In this document: piece after piece, positions 1 through 12,858 of the stretch
How the letters are laid out: each line of letters opens with the position of its first letter
How positions within the stretch are numbered: the first letter of the stretch is position 1
NCBI GenBank assembly: GCA_946965045.2
Contig: OX337231.1
Coordinates: 434,001-498,000 of the forward strand
DNA: 64,000 nucleotides
Direction: 5' to 3'
From: Epithemia pelagica
Taxonomy: Eukaryota > Protista > Bacillariophyta
Notes under the pieces: model-generated
Told to the model about the DNA's origin: nothing
Databases searched by the model: none
The model's input: only the letters and a program-made list of their open reading frames with translations
Translations under genes and position numbers: made by a program

Positions 1-954
1 TTCCGGCACGGCAGTTGCTGTCAAGGCCGTGTGGGACGCACTGTCACTGCGGGTTGTCGCGACTGGACCGTTGGTTGTCACAAACGACAAAGAAGAAGAA
101 GATTGATCCATGATTCTCGTTGTAGATCCAATCGACGGCACAACACACCCGTGGTACACACAGAGAGAGAGAACGATGGATCCACCACCAATCACAAACA
201 AACGAAAGACTGTGGTGGAAGGACGATACTATAGGTATGGTCCGTTCGACAATGTAAGAATGCAATGTGTGTCTCGCTCGGAGGATTCAAAATGTGACAG
301 GAGGAGGAGACGATAAGGAGATGCTGCTGCAGTAGTCTCGATCACAAGGAGGAGGGTGAATGACGACAAGACAACCAAAGAGAAGGACAAGAGAGAGAGA
401 GAGATCGATCGTTCGTGTGGGTGTGGTTTCCCGAAAAAGATTCGCCCCCATGCGCCCGTCAGTCTGTCGCTCAGGATTCACGTACCGGCTGCGTAGCTGT
501 GGTACTTGCTGCGAATCGGACGGAGCGAGTGTGACACTTTCTCGTCTCTCTCCGGGTCCCGCTTACAAGGATGGGGATGGGGCACATGCACATAGCTTGG
601 GACTTCGTGTAGGTAGTTCTGTCAAGCTAGGATTAGAGAGGTATAGTTCCCTACAATAGGAGTACATTCCCATTTCCTCTACAACCTGCAATCTGTAATG
701 CAACCAACCAACTTATACATATCCATGTTATTTGATCCATGCACTATGGGTCAATGGCTTCTCAAGACACTAACGAAGTTTACGGATATAGACTCTCTCT
801 ATTGTACACCCACACAGACATTTACACGACGCGGCCGACCAAAGGCCGTCGAAGGTATAGCGGTGGCCCTCATCAGTGTCGTCATTCTCCGACACCACCA
901 ACCATCCACAATGGTCGGTTCCTTCGTAGCGATAGCGGTACCCCTCCGACTATA

Positions 955-2555
955 CTACACGGGCGCTTGGTTGACATGGCGTGCCGGACATTTGGGAGTG
1001 ATCAAGGCGGCCAAATAATCGACAATGGCTGGGAGTGGGGGCAGGGAATCGGTCGTCACGACCGGCGCGGTCTGCGCCGTCACCTCGCGCAGTTCGTAAA
1101 ACTGGTTGAAAAAGAGACCATTGGTTTCCAAACATTCCAGGAGCCAAACAATCTTGTTGAAAAAATTCCAGGCCTCGGCACCCGTACTCACATCGTGTCG
1201 GCCAAAGAGGGCACCGGCTCGGTAGGCAAAGTCGGGCAGTTCGTTCACCAACCACTGCAAGGAGGGATTGGTCCCACTGTTGGTCGACCGAAACTCGCGG
1301 ATGGAATCTTCCACCGCCTCGCCATTGAGCAGCATGAGGGACGTGTGACCAAAGGCAATGTTACTGCCCAACCCGGTAAAGTCCAATTCCATGTCGGGTT
1401 CGAATCCAAACGTTTGCAAAAAGATATTGTCGGCATTGTTGTTGACGGCAATGGAAAACAATTCGCATTGTTCCAACGTATGGCTCTTGAGGGGAACAAT
1501 CATGGCGGGCACATCCAAATGACCAATCACCAGCGTCACGTATTTTAACTGGACGGGGTAGGGACCACAGTGTCGTAAAAAGATAGCTTGGGCCCGTCCC
1601 CAACCGTCATAGGGGACAATGTCCACCACACCGGCAATGTTAATGTCTTGAATACGACCATAGTCTTGTACGTAGGGTTTCGGAGGTTCGATATTGGCAC
1701 AGCTCAAGGGATTGCAACACTTGACCATGGCATAATGAAAGCCGGCATGAATGCTATTGTCAAACAACATGGCCTTGTACGGACCCGACGTTCCCAAATT
1801 GGCAATCCGACCCACCTTGGCATGGTCCGACAATTGGGCCAGCGTTTCGGGATCGTACGTGTATTGCAACTTGCCATCGCTGCCATCGGGGGCATAATGA
1901 TACCACAAGTAGGGGTTCATGTCATGAATCGCATGGCCCTGCGCCGTCGTCCAATGACTCAAACAGGCGTCATGATTGGTGGGATCCAAAAAGCATTGCC
2001 AGGCATATTCCACTTGACGATGCAAGCCCGTCAAGACGGCATGATCGTACACATGAAGTTTGGCAAAGTAGTGCAATTGATCCAAATCGTGAGGCTCGGT
2101 CAAGATGCAATGCGGATAATAATGATTCAAAAAATCCGTCCATTGATAATACGTCATGCGACAATCCTGTTCGCCTCCGTCGGTATAAATCCCACTCAAG
2201 ACGCCTCGATTGTGGGACAAGGCAATGATATTGTCATTTGGTTCTGGAGTGGCACAATTGAGAATCAGGGATGTGTGAACCCCATGACACTCGCACTATC
2301 CAATAGATGAGTTGGAGAAGAAAGCACACACATCATGAATGAGACAGAGACACTACAGGATCACACACATGTCGATTCTTCGGAACACTGTCTCAACAAT
2401 TTTGGGCACATACGTCTTTGTTCATGGAAGAGTGGTAGCCTCGTTTCCTGCTGCCCGATTTTCCATGATGGGAAGAATACTCGTCGTAGTACTCGTCATG
2501 GCCTTGAACCACCGAGAGGAGGAGAAGGAAACAAATACTAGAAATTGCCAGCATT
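955..2555 (-). CDS. Secreted hypothetical protein, 2 exons (exon 1 about 2555-2415 with signal peptide; exon 2 about 2300-955)
   Basis: 421-aa ORF 955..2220 extends upstream in frame to an AG acceptor (tggatag|TGC GAG TGT, CECHGVHTSL). Upstream exon MLAISSICFLLLLSVVQG-HDEYY ends at a phase-0 GTATGT donor. No family recognised. Confidence 0.65.
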
Positions 2556-3638
2556 CGGGTTGATTGCGGATGCGACGCACACGGCCTTGTCGTTGTTGTT
2601 GCTGTTGTCATGGTGGAGTTGTTGTTTTTCTCTCGAGAGAGCATTTCCACAACAGATAGTATTCGAGTTCGAGGCCGACACGCTCGAATTGGAAATTTTT
2701 GTGGGAGGTCATCGTCCATATAGACCAAAGATCCGTTGATCCGAACGCCTTTCTGTTGTGGCTCTTGGAGAAAAAGTCCTACGCGCCATCTACCATCTTG
2801 AACCGACAAAATTTCGAGCTTGGTTGGCATCTCATTCTTCTCTCATCTTTTCTATGCTATGTGGAGTACGGATTGATATTGTATTGTAGGGACTCATTTC
2901 GGGTCACGAATCACGAACAGAGCACGTGCCATGCCTGTCTGAGCGTCAGGCGGCCTTTCGGTGGATGCCACAAAACTCGTCTCCTCATTATTTCTTCTCT
3001 GCGTGGCCGATGGAAATGCTCCTTGTTGTTGTGTGATGGAATGCAGAGTGCCTCCCTCGCATTACGAATCACAGAAATGACACCCCCTCAGCGCTCCACC
3101 CGCTTGTCTGTAGAACTACTAGGCATAGGGGCCCTCGAGAGAAAGTCTACTACCTAGTATCTGGCACAGCACCGTCTCCGAAACACACACAACTCCTCGG
3201 ACGTGGACTACATACACATACTGTCAACATGGTTCCAAAAAGACAATGCTGGTTCGTTTGCGTCGGTTCGATTCTCGTTCATGGTCCCCCCGACAAGTCT
3301 TTGTGGTCCTGAAATTCCACCACTGCAGATGGAATGTCGCTGGCTGCGCATGGAATGTTGAAGTTTAGAATCCGAGCTTCTAGGTACCTAGTAGGTAGAT
3401 TGAAAGACGTGAAAAATATGACGCATCCATCTTTGTCGACTGTAGTTGGAGTCTACCAACCATTCATCTGAATCGCAAACGACAATGACACAACACAGCA
3501 GGTCGACGCAAGAATGGCATTTAGTTTTTTTCTTATCAAAAGAACAAGCGTTTGTCCAACCCATGGACGAAAAACACCCAATGTGGGTGGGGCGACTGTG
3601 ACTTGGTTGGTTTGGTTCGAGGGATGATGATCCTTTTA

Positions 3639-4564
3639 CTAGTTGTTGGTCACCACGGTGACTTGCAATCGCGATTGTCCACACACGAGATGGGTCCCGG
3701 AAACGAGCGGAAAGGGTTCATCGGCGGGTAGTTCGTAATCCATCATTTCATGGTCGTTAGTGTCGTCATTGTGGGTTTGGACCCGAGTTCCATTGGACGA
3801 GCCGGTATCGACAAAACAGGGTTGTTGATCGACCATGACAAATTTGCCATGAGTCGTCGAGACTTCCAAATCCTTGTACAGGGAAATGCCCTTGCCATCT
3901 TTAAACTTTTTGCCCCGCGATCGTCCCAAATAGGCCTCCTTGGTTTTGGTAATGGACAATTCAAAGTGCTTGCCAACATGTTCCCCCTCGAGAATGTCAA
4001 TCTGCAAGGTAAAGGACGAGGCGGGCGGTGCCGCAATCTTGGCCACCGTGGCCGATCGAGTACTCCGAGAAGCGTCTGGCACTGGCACTGGATTGGTAGT
4101 TTTGGTGAGTCCATCTCCTGCGTTGGTGGTTGTCTTTGTCTGAAAGGTTGGATCCGTGTCGTTCAATCCTTGAAGGCCCGTTTCGACCGTGGTTCGAATC
4201 GAGGTTTCCAATTGCGCAAATTTGGCATTGGTCGCCACCAACGATCGAAGCAAGGTCCATTGAAAGGCTTCTTCGACCGTCCAATCGGCAGTTGGTTCTA
4301 GAAAAGGAAAGATAGAGAGAAGAGGCGTCAAAACCCAAGAAACCAGAAACACACAAACAGTAGGTGTGTGAGAGAAAGAAACTCGTGTGTTTGCGGTTCA
4401 CAGAAAAGAAATGTCAATGTCGTTACAAAACCAACAACGAATCCCACAACAATTACACTGCGGAGGAACGTACCATCATCAATGGAATGTCGAAAATTGG
4501 GAAAGAGTGTTTGGACTTCATGAGGAAAGGAGGATTCCATTTGGGAAGCGACCGTGGTTGTCAT
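3639..4564 (-). CDS. FHA-domain protein, 2 exons
   Basis: C-terminal FHA motifs (LGRS...VSTTHG...DTGSSNGT). Exon 1 from ATG 4564 to donor gatg|GTACGT; acceptor ttttctag|AACCAACT restores the frame (EPTADW). Confidence 0.8.
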
Positions 4565-4989
4565 GATGATTGATTGATGCAGTGATTTGTGCTATCGGTT
4601 GTGGTTTGTTGTTTTGTTGGATGTTTGGTAGGATCTGTGTACTGGCAACAGCAGGAGGTTACTACTATAGTGCTTGAGATTGCTTGCCTTGTATCGTGCT
4701 GTGCTGTCTGTTTGATGAATCTGTTGCTTGTCTTGTTGACCTCTCTTCTCTTCTTCCGAAGTTGCGAGAGATGCGACACCAAAAGAAGACAAGATGTGAG
4801 CGAGAAAGAGTCGGCGGGCTGTCACACGCGCACCATTGGAACGCGCGCCAGCTTTCCGGACGACCGACAGAGCATTCAGTCTGATGGCTCGCCTGTCCGT
4901 CGTGGCATCAGGGAACCCGCGGTCCACCAAGGGAAAGATTTTCCTGATTCATTCGTTCCAACGACAACCCAAAAGATCCATTCGTCCAT

Positions 4990-6165
4990 TTGGGCCACGA
5001 GAGAGAGGAACAACTCAACAGGAGCAACAAACACAACAACAAAAGAAAAAGAAGGACACACAAATCAATCGTGTGTCCACTCAGTATGTCGATTGCCAAG
5101 TCTCGGGTTTCTTCTTCGTTTCGAACCATTGCTACCATGGTGGTGACAACTCTCTTGGCGTCGTCGGCATGTCGTTCTTGTCGTTCGGTGCGAGCCTTTT
5201 CTTCCGTGGTGGCACCACGGCCGTCCTACAGTCGTCCGAATCACGTGTTGCGTTCCACACGAATGGTACAAACACGCTTGTGGAGTACCACCGAACCAGC
5301 AACGACATTGCCCGAAATTGAAACGATGCGAGCCGGTGAAATCAAACGAGAATTGGAATCCTATGGATTGGATACCAAAAAGTATTTGGAAAAGTCCGAA
5401 TTGGTCCAAGCCTTGACGCAAGCTCGAGCTGACGGCTTGACATCATCGGAATCGTCCAACGACAACGAGTCCACCACCACCACAACGACTGCCAAAGAAT
5501 CCGAGGAGGAATCGGCCGAGTCTCGACAGGAACGATTGCAACAAGAAATTGCCAATTGTCAAGGACTCAAGGCGGCCGAATTAAAACAAGAATTACAGGA
5601 ACGAGGTGTTTCCACCGCCGCCCTGTTTGAAAAGTCGGAATTGGTCCAAGCCTTGGCCGAGGCCCGCGTCAATGGCGTGACCCAAACCAAACAAGACGAA
5701 GACGAAGAAGTGGTTCAAAAATACGACAATGTCGAAGTCTTGACCGATCAAGATGCTGGTCCACGAACCTCCAAAACAACCACTCAACAACCCAAACAAC
5801 AACAACAACAACCTGGATTTGGAGGTCCCAATCCCTTTCCAGGTGGCATCCCCGGAATGGGTAGCTTTGGCAACATGTTTGGCAACATGGGTGGCAGTCG
5901 TCCTGGTGGCGGCGCTGGCGGCCCCAATGCCGTGGGGCCCAATCCCTTTGCGGGTGGGTTTCCTGGAGGTGAACAAGCCCAACAAAAGGCGGCGGAAATG
6001 GCCAAAAATCCCAAAGTCATGCAAATCATGATGAAGGCACAAAGCAATCCAAAAGTGCGTGCCATGTTACAAGACTGTATGCGCAATCCACAAGAAGGTC
6101 TCAACAAGTACAAGGATGATCCCGATATGCAGGAATTGTTGGGAGAAATGAAACAATTTTTTTAA
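4990..6165 (+). CDS. Protein with two LEM/SAP-like helical repeats (ELKxEL...EKSELVQAL), a G/P/F-rich linker and a C-terminal STI1/HOP-like domain; probable organellar targeting peptide; true start probably downstream of 4990
   Basis: Duplicated EKSELVQAL motif; C-terminus NPKVMQIMMKAQSNPKVRAMLQDCMRNP...DPDMQEL resembles STI1 domains. Confidence 0.65.
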   Translation: MGHEREEQLNRSNKHNNKRKRRTHKSIVCPLSMSIAKSRVSSSFRTIATMVVTTLLASSACRSCRSVRAFSSVVAPRPSYSRPNHVLRSTRMVQTRLWSTTEPATTLPEIETMRAGEIKRELESYGLDTKKYLEKSELVQALTQARADGLTSSESSNDNESTTTTTTAKESEEESAESRQERLQQEIANCQGLKAAELKQELQERGVSTAALFEKSELVQALAEARVNGVTQTKQDEDEEVVQKYDNVEVLTDQDAGPRTSKTTTQQPKQQQQQPGFGGPNPFPGGIPGMGSFGNMFGNMGGSRPGGGAGGPNAVGPNPFAGGFPGGEQAQQKAAEMAKNPKVMQIMMKAQSNPKVRAMLQDCMRNPQEGLNKYKDDPDMQELLGEMKQFF

Positions 6166-6778
6166 AAGAAAAACTGCCACGACGACCAAATACATATTCA
6201 AGCATGTTGTGGAGGGTGTCGTCTATGAGTGGAATGTTAATGTCATGGAAACAAAACACACTGTCCAGCTGAGTCTCTGTCTCTACTAGGTAGAATCCGC
6301 TCGTATTTAGTAGAAAGGTAGCATTGCGATCCACTCTCACATGCACATATATAGAGGGGAATAATATGACAACCATCGCGGTGAACAGGATGGCGGTTCC
6401 ATGGGTGTGTTTATGTTGGTGGAAGGAATACCATGGTGACCTTGCTCCTATACAGCGCACAGCAGTAGTAAAATGATTGCAGACATGACCAAAACGGCTA
6501 CGATACCCAAAGGAAACCTCATGATAATCCATGGCTTTTGCTTTCGTCTTTTCGCAACAGTCACGTTCTGCCGGACGCCGTAAAACATGATTTCATTTTC
6601 TTGATCAACTATTCACATGAAAACTATTGGTTAAGATCCCATCTACAAAACAAGAAAATTGCTTGAGATCAAAATGATTATCCTATATTTTCGCCAATGT
6701 ACGACAAACATGCAACGTGTCTGCCCATTTTCAAGCTTCCTCCTTCCTTCGCATATACACTGTCGCAAATTCAGATTT

Positions 6779-8077
6779 TCATGTTGTCGCGGTGGAGAAG
6801 GGTGAAATAAAAGTACCTCGGTTACCCATTCCTTCCAGAGAATGATACCATCCATTGGGCTGAGGCTCACATAGTCGACGAAAACACCACGAATTCTTGT
6901 CCATGAGTGGTAACGTCGCACAGGAAGGATTGTCCCGTCCACCAATCACGGCAACTTGATTGGCAACAGTTACCATACGGCAGCCTTCATGGTCAGTTAC
7001 CAATGGTGGGAGATTCCACACGCGGTTTCGGTTCGTATCCAAGATTTCCACGGTTCCGTTGTTTGGTATTCCCGCCACCACCAGACAGGATCCCATGGCA
7101 ACCATTGCACAAAAACGTCGTCCGTCAGAGAGCACTAAATCAGAATGAGTGGTCCACTTAGACCAGGAGGAAGTGACTCTGACAACTGTCTCTGCCTCTG
7201 TCTCCTGGTTGCCACAAGTCTTTGTAAAGTCCAAATACTCCACCAATTCAAGCCAGCCATTCTCGTTACCACCTCCGACGACAAAGATGCGGTGACCAAT
7301 GACCGCACTGGCACAATCAACCCGAGGAACATTCAAGAATGGTCCCCAAGTGACAGTGTGGTTGCGGGTATCAATAACCTCAACCGACCGCAACGGCCTT
7401 CTCCTCCTGTCGCATCCACCCATCACCACAATGTATCGATTCTCAACCGCAACAGCACAACGTGCTGTTTTCCCCTTTGATAAGCGACAGTTCAATGTCG
7501 TCCAATTGCTCGCATGCGAGCTGCTGTTTGTTAAAGATGATTGCAGCAAATCATGGACGTCGATCCGTTCCACACAATCAAACACTGGATTTTCACGATT
7601 GCTTCCTCCTATAGTGTAGATGCCTCCGTTGCACACAACAGCGGCAAGATCTGCACGTCCTTCGTTCATGGGCGGTCCTTCACGCCACCGCTTGTTTGCT
7701 TCTGATAAATTCAGTACAAGAACGGAATTGGTAGTATCATATCCTTCGTCGATTCCTCCCAACACGACGACCGTATGATCGAGTACGACCGAAGCATGAT
7801 CGTAACGCCATCCTCCCATGAGAGGAGGCCAGTCGTTTTCATTCCATTCTGCTGTCTCGTTCAAAAAGACAAGGTCCGACTGACGTGCTTGTTCTTGCAG
7901 TGTCATGGTCATACAATACTGTTGATTCACTTTACGCTTTGCGCCGAAACCCAAGTTCTGATTTTTGTGATGATGGAACAGATAAAAGGTGAAACTTTTG
8001 GTGGAGCCTCTTTTGAGGACATGGTGTCTGTCATGCGTACGAAAGAGAAAGAGCGTGGCAGCGACTGGCCATGACAA
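6779..8077 (-). CDS. Kelch-repeat protein (paralogue A)
   Basis: Repeated Kelch motifs (VVLGG...V...W...PPMNEGR...AVV...IYTIGG). True start probably MTMTLQEQ. Confidence 0.9.
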   Translation of the reverse strand: MSWPVAATLFLFRTHDRHHVLKRGSTKSFTFYLFHHHKNQNLGFGAKRKVNQQYCMTMTLQEQARQSDLVFLNETAEWNENDWPPLMGGWRYDHASVVLDHTVVVLGGIDEGYDTTNSVLVLNLSEANKRWREGPPMNEGRADLAAVVCNGGIYTIGGSNRENPVFDCVERIDVHDLLQSSLTNSSSHASNWTTLNCRLSKGKTARCAVAVENRYIVVMGGCDRRRRPLRSVEVIDTRNHTVTWGPFLNVPRVDCASAVIGHRIFVVGGGNENGWLELVEYLDFTKTCGNQETEAETVVRVTSSWSKWTTHSDLVLSDGRRFCAMVAMGSCLVVAGIPNNGTVEILDTNRNRVWNLPPLVTDHEGCRMVTVANQVAVIGGRDNPSCATLPLMDKNSWCFRRLCEPQPNGWYHSLEGMGNRGTFISPFSTATT

Positions 8078-9103
8078 ATCCCCTCGGAGATGACAATTCC
8101 TTCATGTGGCCGCGTAAAAGAGTCATGCCATTCACCGATTACGACACCCCTTCCCTAACCACCACAACCACGACAATTACAAGCAAAACGAATGGTGCTT
8201 CCACCACCACCAACACTGCCCCAATCGTCGTCGTCGGCCACCACAACCACACCAGCAGCACCACACGGCTCGGAGGATTCTAGTACCACACTGGCCCTTG
8301 GGTCTGGCGTAGCCGCCGTACAATAACAACCATTGGTGAACACTCCCGACCTAACCTTGGCAGAACCACAACCAACGGCTGCTGCCGCCGCCGCAGCAGC
8401 ACCACCACCACTACACCCGCCTCGTACGACACTGGCGAGTGGACCACCCTCCGAGACTCACGGCAACAGCCACCACAACCACAATCAGGACACGACAATG
8501 TCGACAACGCCCGAATCGACGACCACCACCAGCACGGTGGTTCGATGGTCCTCGAATCAATCGATCCAACGGGCGGTGGAACGCCTCTTGTCGTCTGGGG
8601 GACCACATCGCACGTTATCTGTTGGAACCCTAGACCCTGCGCACCAAATCACGAGAATTGTCCGATTTGGCCAAAATAACACCCGAAGAACAAGATGTCT
8701 TGGAAGGCTTGCTGGCCTTGTAGTAATCCTTGGGAGTCGGGTGTTGGGAAACGAATGATTGGGTGTGGAATGACACCATCACAAAAACAACAAACGTGTG
8801 GGACCGCATGGCACGAGAGAGAGTGTTTTCATTTCTACAACCAAAATATTCAGGTTGTGAAAACGACAGCAGCTGATTCTGTACTCCAAGGGCATCACCC
8901 GAAGCAACCAAAGCGAGCCATTTGGATTCTTCATGCAAAACCGGCATATCCTTGGCGAGGAGGCGGTTGCATTGGAAACAACAAGTTGCACGAAATGGAC
9001 GGGTGGACCCGCCTGTTCTACCTGAGAGGTTCCGAGGAAACAGCGACCGAGGTCTTTTTGGACGAAGGGCGACATTCCGGAATTCGGACGACTATTACGA
9101 GTA

Positions 9104-9183
9104 GTCTAGGTAGTGCAGACAGCGTTTCGTTCTCACGTGCGTCGTCTAGGTAGTGCAGACAGCGTCTCGTTCTCACGTGCGTC
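9104..9183. repeat. 40-bp tandem duplication (gtctaggtagtgcagacagcgtYtcgttctcacgtgcgtc x2)
   Basis: Two adjacent copies with one mismatch. Confidence 0.9.
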
Positions 9184-9671
9184 GTTTACCGTACCCTGTT
9201 GTGAAAACTCGTGAGTTCCATGGTACTACTACTGCTACTACTCTCTCTCTCTCTCCGAGAGAGAGGTATAGATACACATGTGATGGTCCCGATTAATAGG
9301 GTGGTGCATGTTGGTATCTCCATTGTGCAAGAAAACTGAGAAGAATCTATAGACTTGTGTCGATCGGTGATAAAAGGTATGGTGACCTTGCTCCTATACA
9401 CCGCACATCAGTAATAAAATGATTGCAGACATGATCCAAACGGCTACGAGATACACCAAGGAAACCTCATGATATTCGTTAGTCTTTTCGTATTCGATTT
9501 CATTTTCTAGTACAAGGAATCACATGATCACTCAATAGTTAGGAATGCCATGGAGAAAACAAGACCACTGTTTGAGATCAAAATGATTATCCTATAGTTT
9601 CACCAATGTATGACATACATGCAACGTGTTGCCCATTTCAATCACCAAGTCGCGGATTCGCTGTCGCAAAT

Positions 9672-10802
9672 TCAGATTTTCATGTTGTCACGGTTACCCA
9701 TTCCTCCCAGAGAATGATACCATCCATTGGGCTGAGGCTCACAGAGTCGGCGAAAACACCACGAATTCTTGTCCATGAGTGGTAATGTCGCACAGGAGAG
9801 ATGGCGCCATCCACCAATCACGGCAACTTGATTGGCAACATTTACCATACTGCAGCCTTCACGGTCATTTCTGAATGGCGGTGGAAGATTCCACACGTGG
9901 TTTCGGTTCGTATCCAAGATTTCCACGGTTCGGTCGTATCCTCCTCCCGCCACCACCAGACAGGATCCCACGGCAACCACTGCACACCAACGTCCTGGGC
10001 AAGAAAACCTCAACTCAGAATGAGTGGTCCAAGTGGACCAGGAGGAAATGAATTTAGCAACTGTCTCTGCCTTTGTCTCCTGATTGTCACAAGCCGATGC
10101 GAATTCCAAATACTCCACCGAGTCAAGTTCGTCATCCGTGTTACAACCTCCAACGACAAAGATGCGGTGACCAATGACCGCACTCGCACAAAACGATCGA
10201 GGAACGTTCATGCTTGGAGCCGCAGTGACAGTGTGGTTGCGGGTATCAATAACCTCAACCGACGGCAATATCCTCCTGTTGCGTCCACCCATTACCACAA
10301 TATATCGATTTTCCACCGCAACAGCACAACATCGTTTTCGTTCTGTTGATAAGCGACAATTCAATGTCGTCCAATTTCCCGCATGCGTGCTGCTGTTTGT
10401 TAAAGATGATTGCAGCAAATCATGAACGTCAATCCGTTCCATACAATTCAACACTTGATTTTCACTATTGCGTCCTCCCATAACGTAGATGCCTCCGTTA
10501 CACACAACAGCGGCATGTTCGTCACGTTTCATGTTCATGGGTGGTCCTTCACGCCACTGCTTGTTCGGTTCTGCTAAATTCAGTAGAAGAACGGAATTGG
10601 TGGCAGTTTCGCCGTGGTGTTTATATCCACCCAACACAACCACCGCACGATCGAGTACGACCGAAGCATGATAGTAACGCGATCCTCCCTTGAGACGAGG
10701 CCAGTCGGTTTCATTCCATTCTCCTGTCTCGTTCAAAAGGACAAGGTCCGACTGACTTGCTTGTTCTTGCAGTGTCATGGTCATACAATACTGTTGATTC
10801 AC
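9672..10802 (-). CDS. Kelch-repeat protein (paralogue B)
   Basis: Same Kelch motifs; colinear and highly similar to 6779..8077, including the 3' flanks. Confidence 0.9.
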   Translation of the reverse strand: MNQQYCMTMTLQEQASQSDLVLLNETGEWNETDWPRLKGGSRYYHASVVLDRAVVVLGGYKHHGETATNSVLLLNLAEPNKQWREGPPMNMKRDEHAAVVCNGGIYVMGGRNSENQVLNCMERIDVHDLLQSSLTNSSTHAGNWTTLNCRLSTERKRCCAVAVENRYIVVMGGRNRRILPSVEVIDTRNHTVTAAPSMNVPRSFCASAVIGHRIFVVGGCNTDDELDSVEYLEFASACDNQETKAETVAKFISSWSTWTTHSELRFSCPGRWCAVVAVGSCLVVAGGGYDRTVEILDTNRNHVWNLPPPFRNDREGCSMVNVANQVAVIGGWRHLSCATLPLMDKNSWCFRRLCEPQPNGWYHSLGGMGNRDNMKI

Positions 10803-11303
10803 TTTACGCTTTTAACAGAAACCCACGTTCTGATTTTTGTGATGATGGAAACAGATAAGGAAGGCGAACGACGACTTTTGTGGACATGGTGTCTGTCGTG
10901 CGTACGTTTGAGAGAGTGCGTGGGAGCGACTCGCACATAGACTACATGACAATCTCTATGACTACGGTAGACGCAGGTTGTACCTTAGACGCTTTACTTC
11001 TCCTTTCGGCGACCGATTCAGTACCGGTGTGACAGAGGAAGCGAAGAATCGAATCCAAAGACACAAGCTGTCGACGACGCGACGACACCGACAGCAGCCG
11101 GTCCCAAAGACCAAAGACAGAGGGCGCCAACAAAAGCGACGAAAAAGCATCCAAGGCGACATCTTCCTTTCGACAAAAGGCTTCTTCTAATACTCCTTGG
11201 TAAACAAGAAGGCAGTGTAGTTCTTGTTGCAAGTTCGTATCTTGACCATTGTTGGACATTCCTCTCGCTCTCCCCACATTGTTTCGAATTGAAAATCTTT
11301 ACC

Positions 11304-12858
11304 ATGTTACGTTCGTTGGCATCTTCCTGCAAGCAGCTGAACCGGAATGTTGCTGCTTCGGCAACCACGAGTCGATTGGGCGGTGTTCGATGTTTGAATG
11401 TCCATGAATACATTTCCATGGAAATTATGCAATCGCATGGTATTCAAACACCGGCATGTAAGGTTGCCAGTACACCGGAAGAAGCCGAAGATGCCTTTCT
11501 GAATACCCTCAATCAACGTACGTAACATGTACCATTTGTTTGTTCGAGTGTATCACAGACGTGTTTTGTGGTTGTTTACCAATGTGAATCCATCCGTATG
11601 GCAATGATAACCTGATGTTTTTGCACTGTGCTCTTTGTGGTTCTTTCTCTTTCTGGCGTTGCGGATCCTCTTCTTGTCGCTGTTTCTTGATTCATCCATT
11701 GGGTCTTCCAATGTATCTATCACTGACACAGCCGGTCAACCTCTCAAGGACGTTGTCATCAAGGCTCAAGTGTTGTCCGGTGGTCGTGGTTTGGGTACCT
11801 TTCAAAATGGCTTTCAGGGTGGTGTGCACATGTGTACCAAACCAGGCATGGCCAAAGACTATGCCCAAAAAATGTTGGGTGAATACCTAGTGACCAAACA
11901 GGCACCCAATGGTATCTTGTGTAACAAGGTGTTGTTGATGGAGCGCATGTACATGCGTCGGGAAATGTATCTCAGTATTTTAATGGACCGTGGTGTCTCC
12001 CAGGGACCGCTCATGGTGGCCAGTCCTCGGGGAGGTACCTCGATTGAAGATGTCGCACATTCCAATCCGGAGGTGATTTTTACCCATCCCATTTCCATTA
12101 CCGAAGGATTGACCGATGAGGCTTGTCAGAAAATGGCTTCCAATTTGGGATTGGATCCCGACTCGCCCAGTCATGCCAAGGCTGTCACCTTGATGAAAAA
12201 TTTGTACAAAATGTTTTTGGACTGCGATTGCACCCAAGTCGAAGTCAATCCATTGGCCGAAACACCCGATGGTGACATTGTCGTCTGCGATGCCAAGGTG
12301 AATTTTGATGACAATGCAGAATTTCGACAAGCCGACATTTTTGCTCGTCGCGATGTCACGCAAGAAGATCCTCGGGAAGTCGCCGCCCATGAATACGATT
12401 TGAATTACATTGGTTTGGATGGCACAATTGGATGTATGGTCAATGGAGCTGGATTGGCCATGTCCACCATGGATATTATCCAATTAAAGGGTGGTTCCCC
12501 GGCCAACTTTTTGGATGTCGGTGGTGGTGCCAATGAAACCCAAGTCCAAAAAGCCTTTGAAATTTTGAATGGAGACGACAAGGTCAAGGCCATTTTGGTC
12601 AATATTTTTGGTGGTATCATGCGATGCGATGTCATTGCCACGGGCATTATCAATGCCGCCAAGGAAATTGGAATTGCCAAACCCATTGTCATTCGATTGC
12701 AAGGAACCAATGTGAAGGAAGCCAAGGAATTGATTCAAAATTGTGGTTTTAAAATGATTTTGGCCGAAGATTTGGAAGATGCTGCCATCAAGGCAGTGGG
12801 TGTTGCGGAAATTGCCAGTCAAGCGCAAAAGATCGATATCAAGGTGTCCTTTGAATAG
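11304..12858 (+). CDS. sucC: Succinyl-CoA ligase beta subunit, mitochondrial, 2 exons (intron 11518-11731)
   Basis: LNVHEY after a transit peptide, KAQVLSGGRG, EVNPL, DAKVNFDDNA, GCMVNGAGLAMSTMD, NFLDVGGGA, NIFGGIMRCD, RLQGTN; GTACGT...ACAG intron keeps the frame. Confidence 0.97.

Noticed and set aside
1-111. Minus-strand ORF start MDQSSSSLSF running off the window edge
   Set aside because: Only 37 codons are visible, too few to call.
739-2310. Plus-strand ORFs 739..1548 and 1588..2310
   Set aside because: Antisense shadows of the spliced minus-strand gene; the same applies to most short ORFs opposite sucC, CRY-DASH, gag and pol.
8071-8760. Low-complexity ORFs between the Kelch genes
   Set aside because: T/P/A-rich fragments in different frames with no motif; a gene model cannot be supported.
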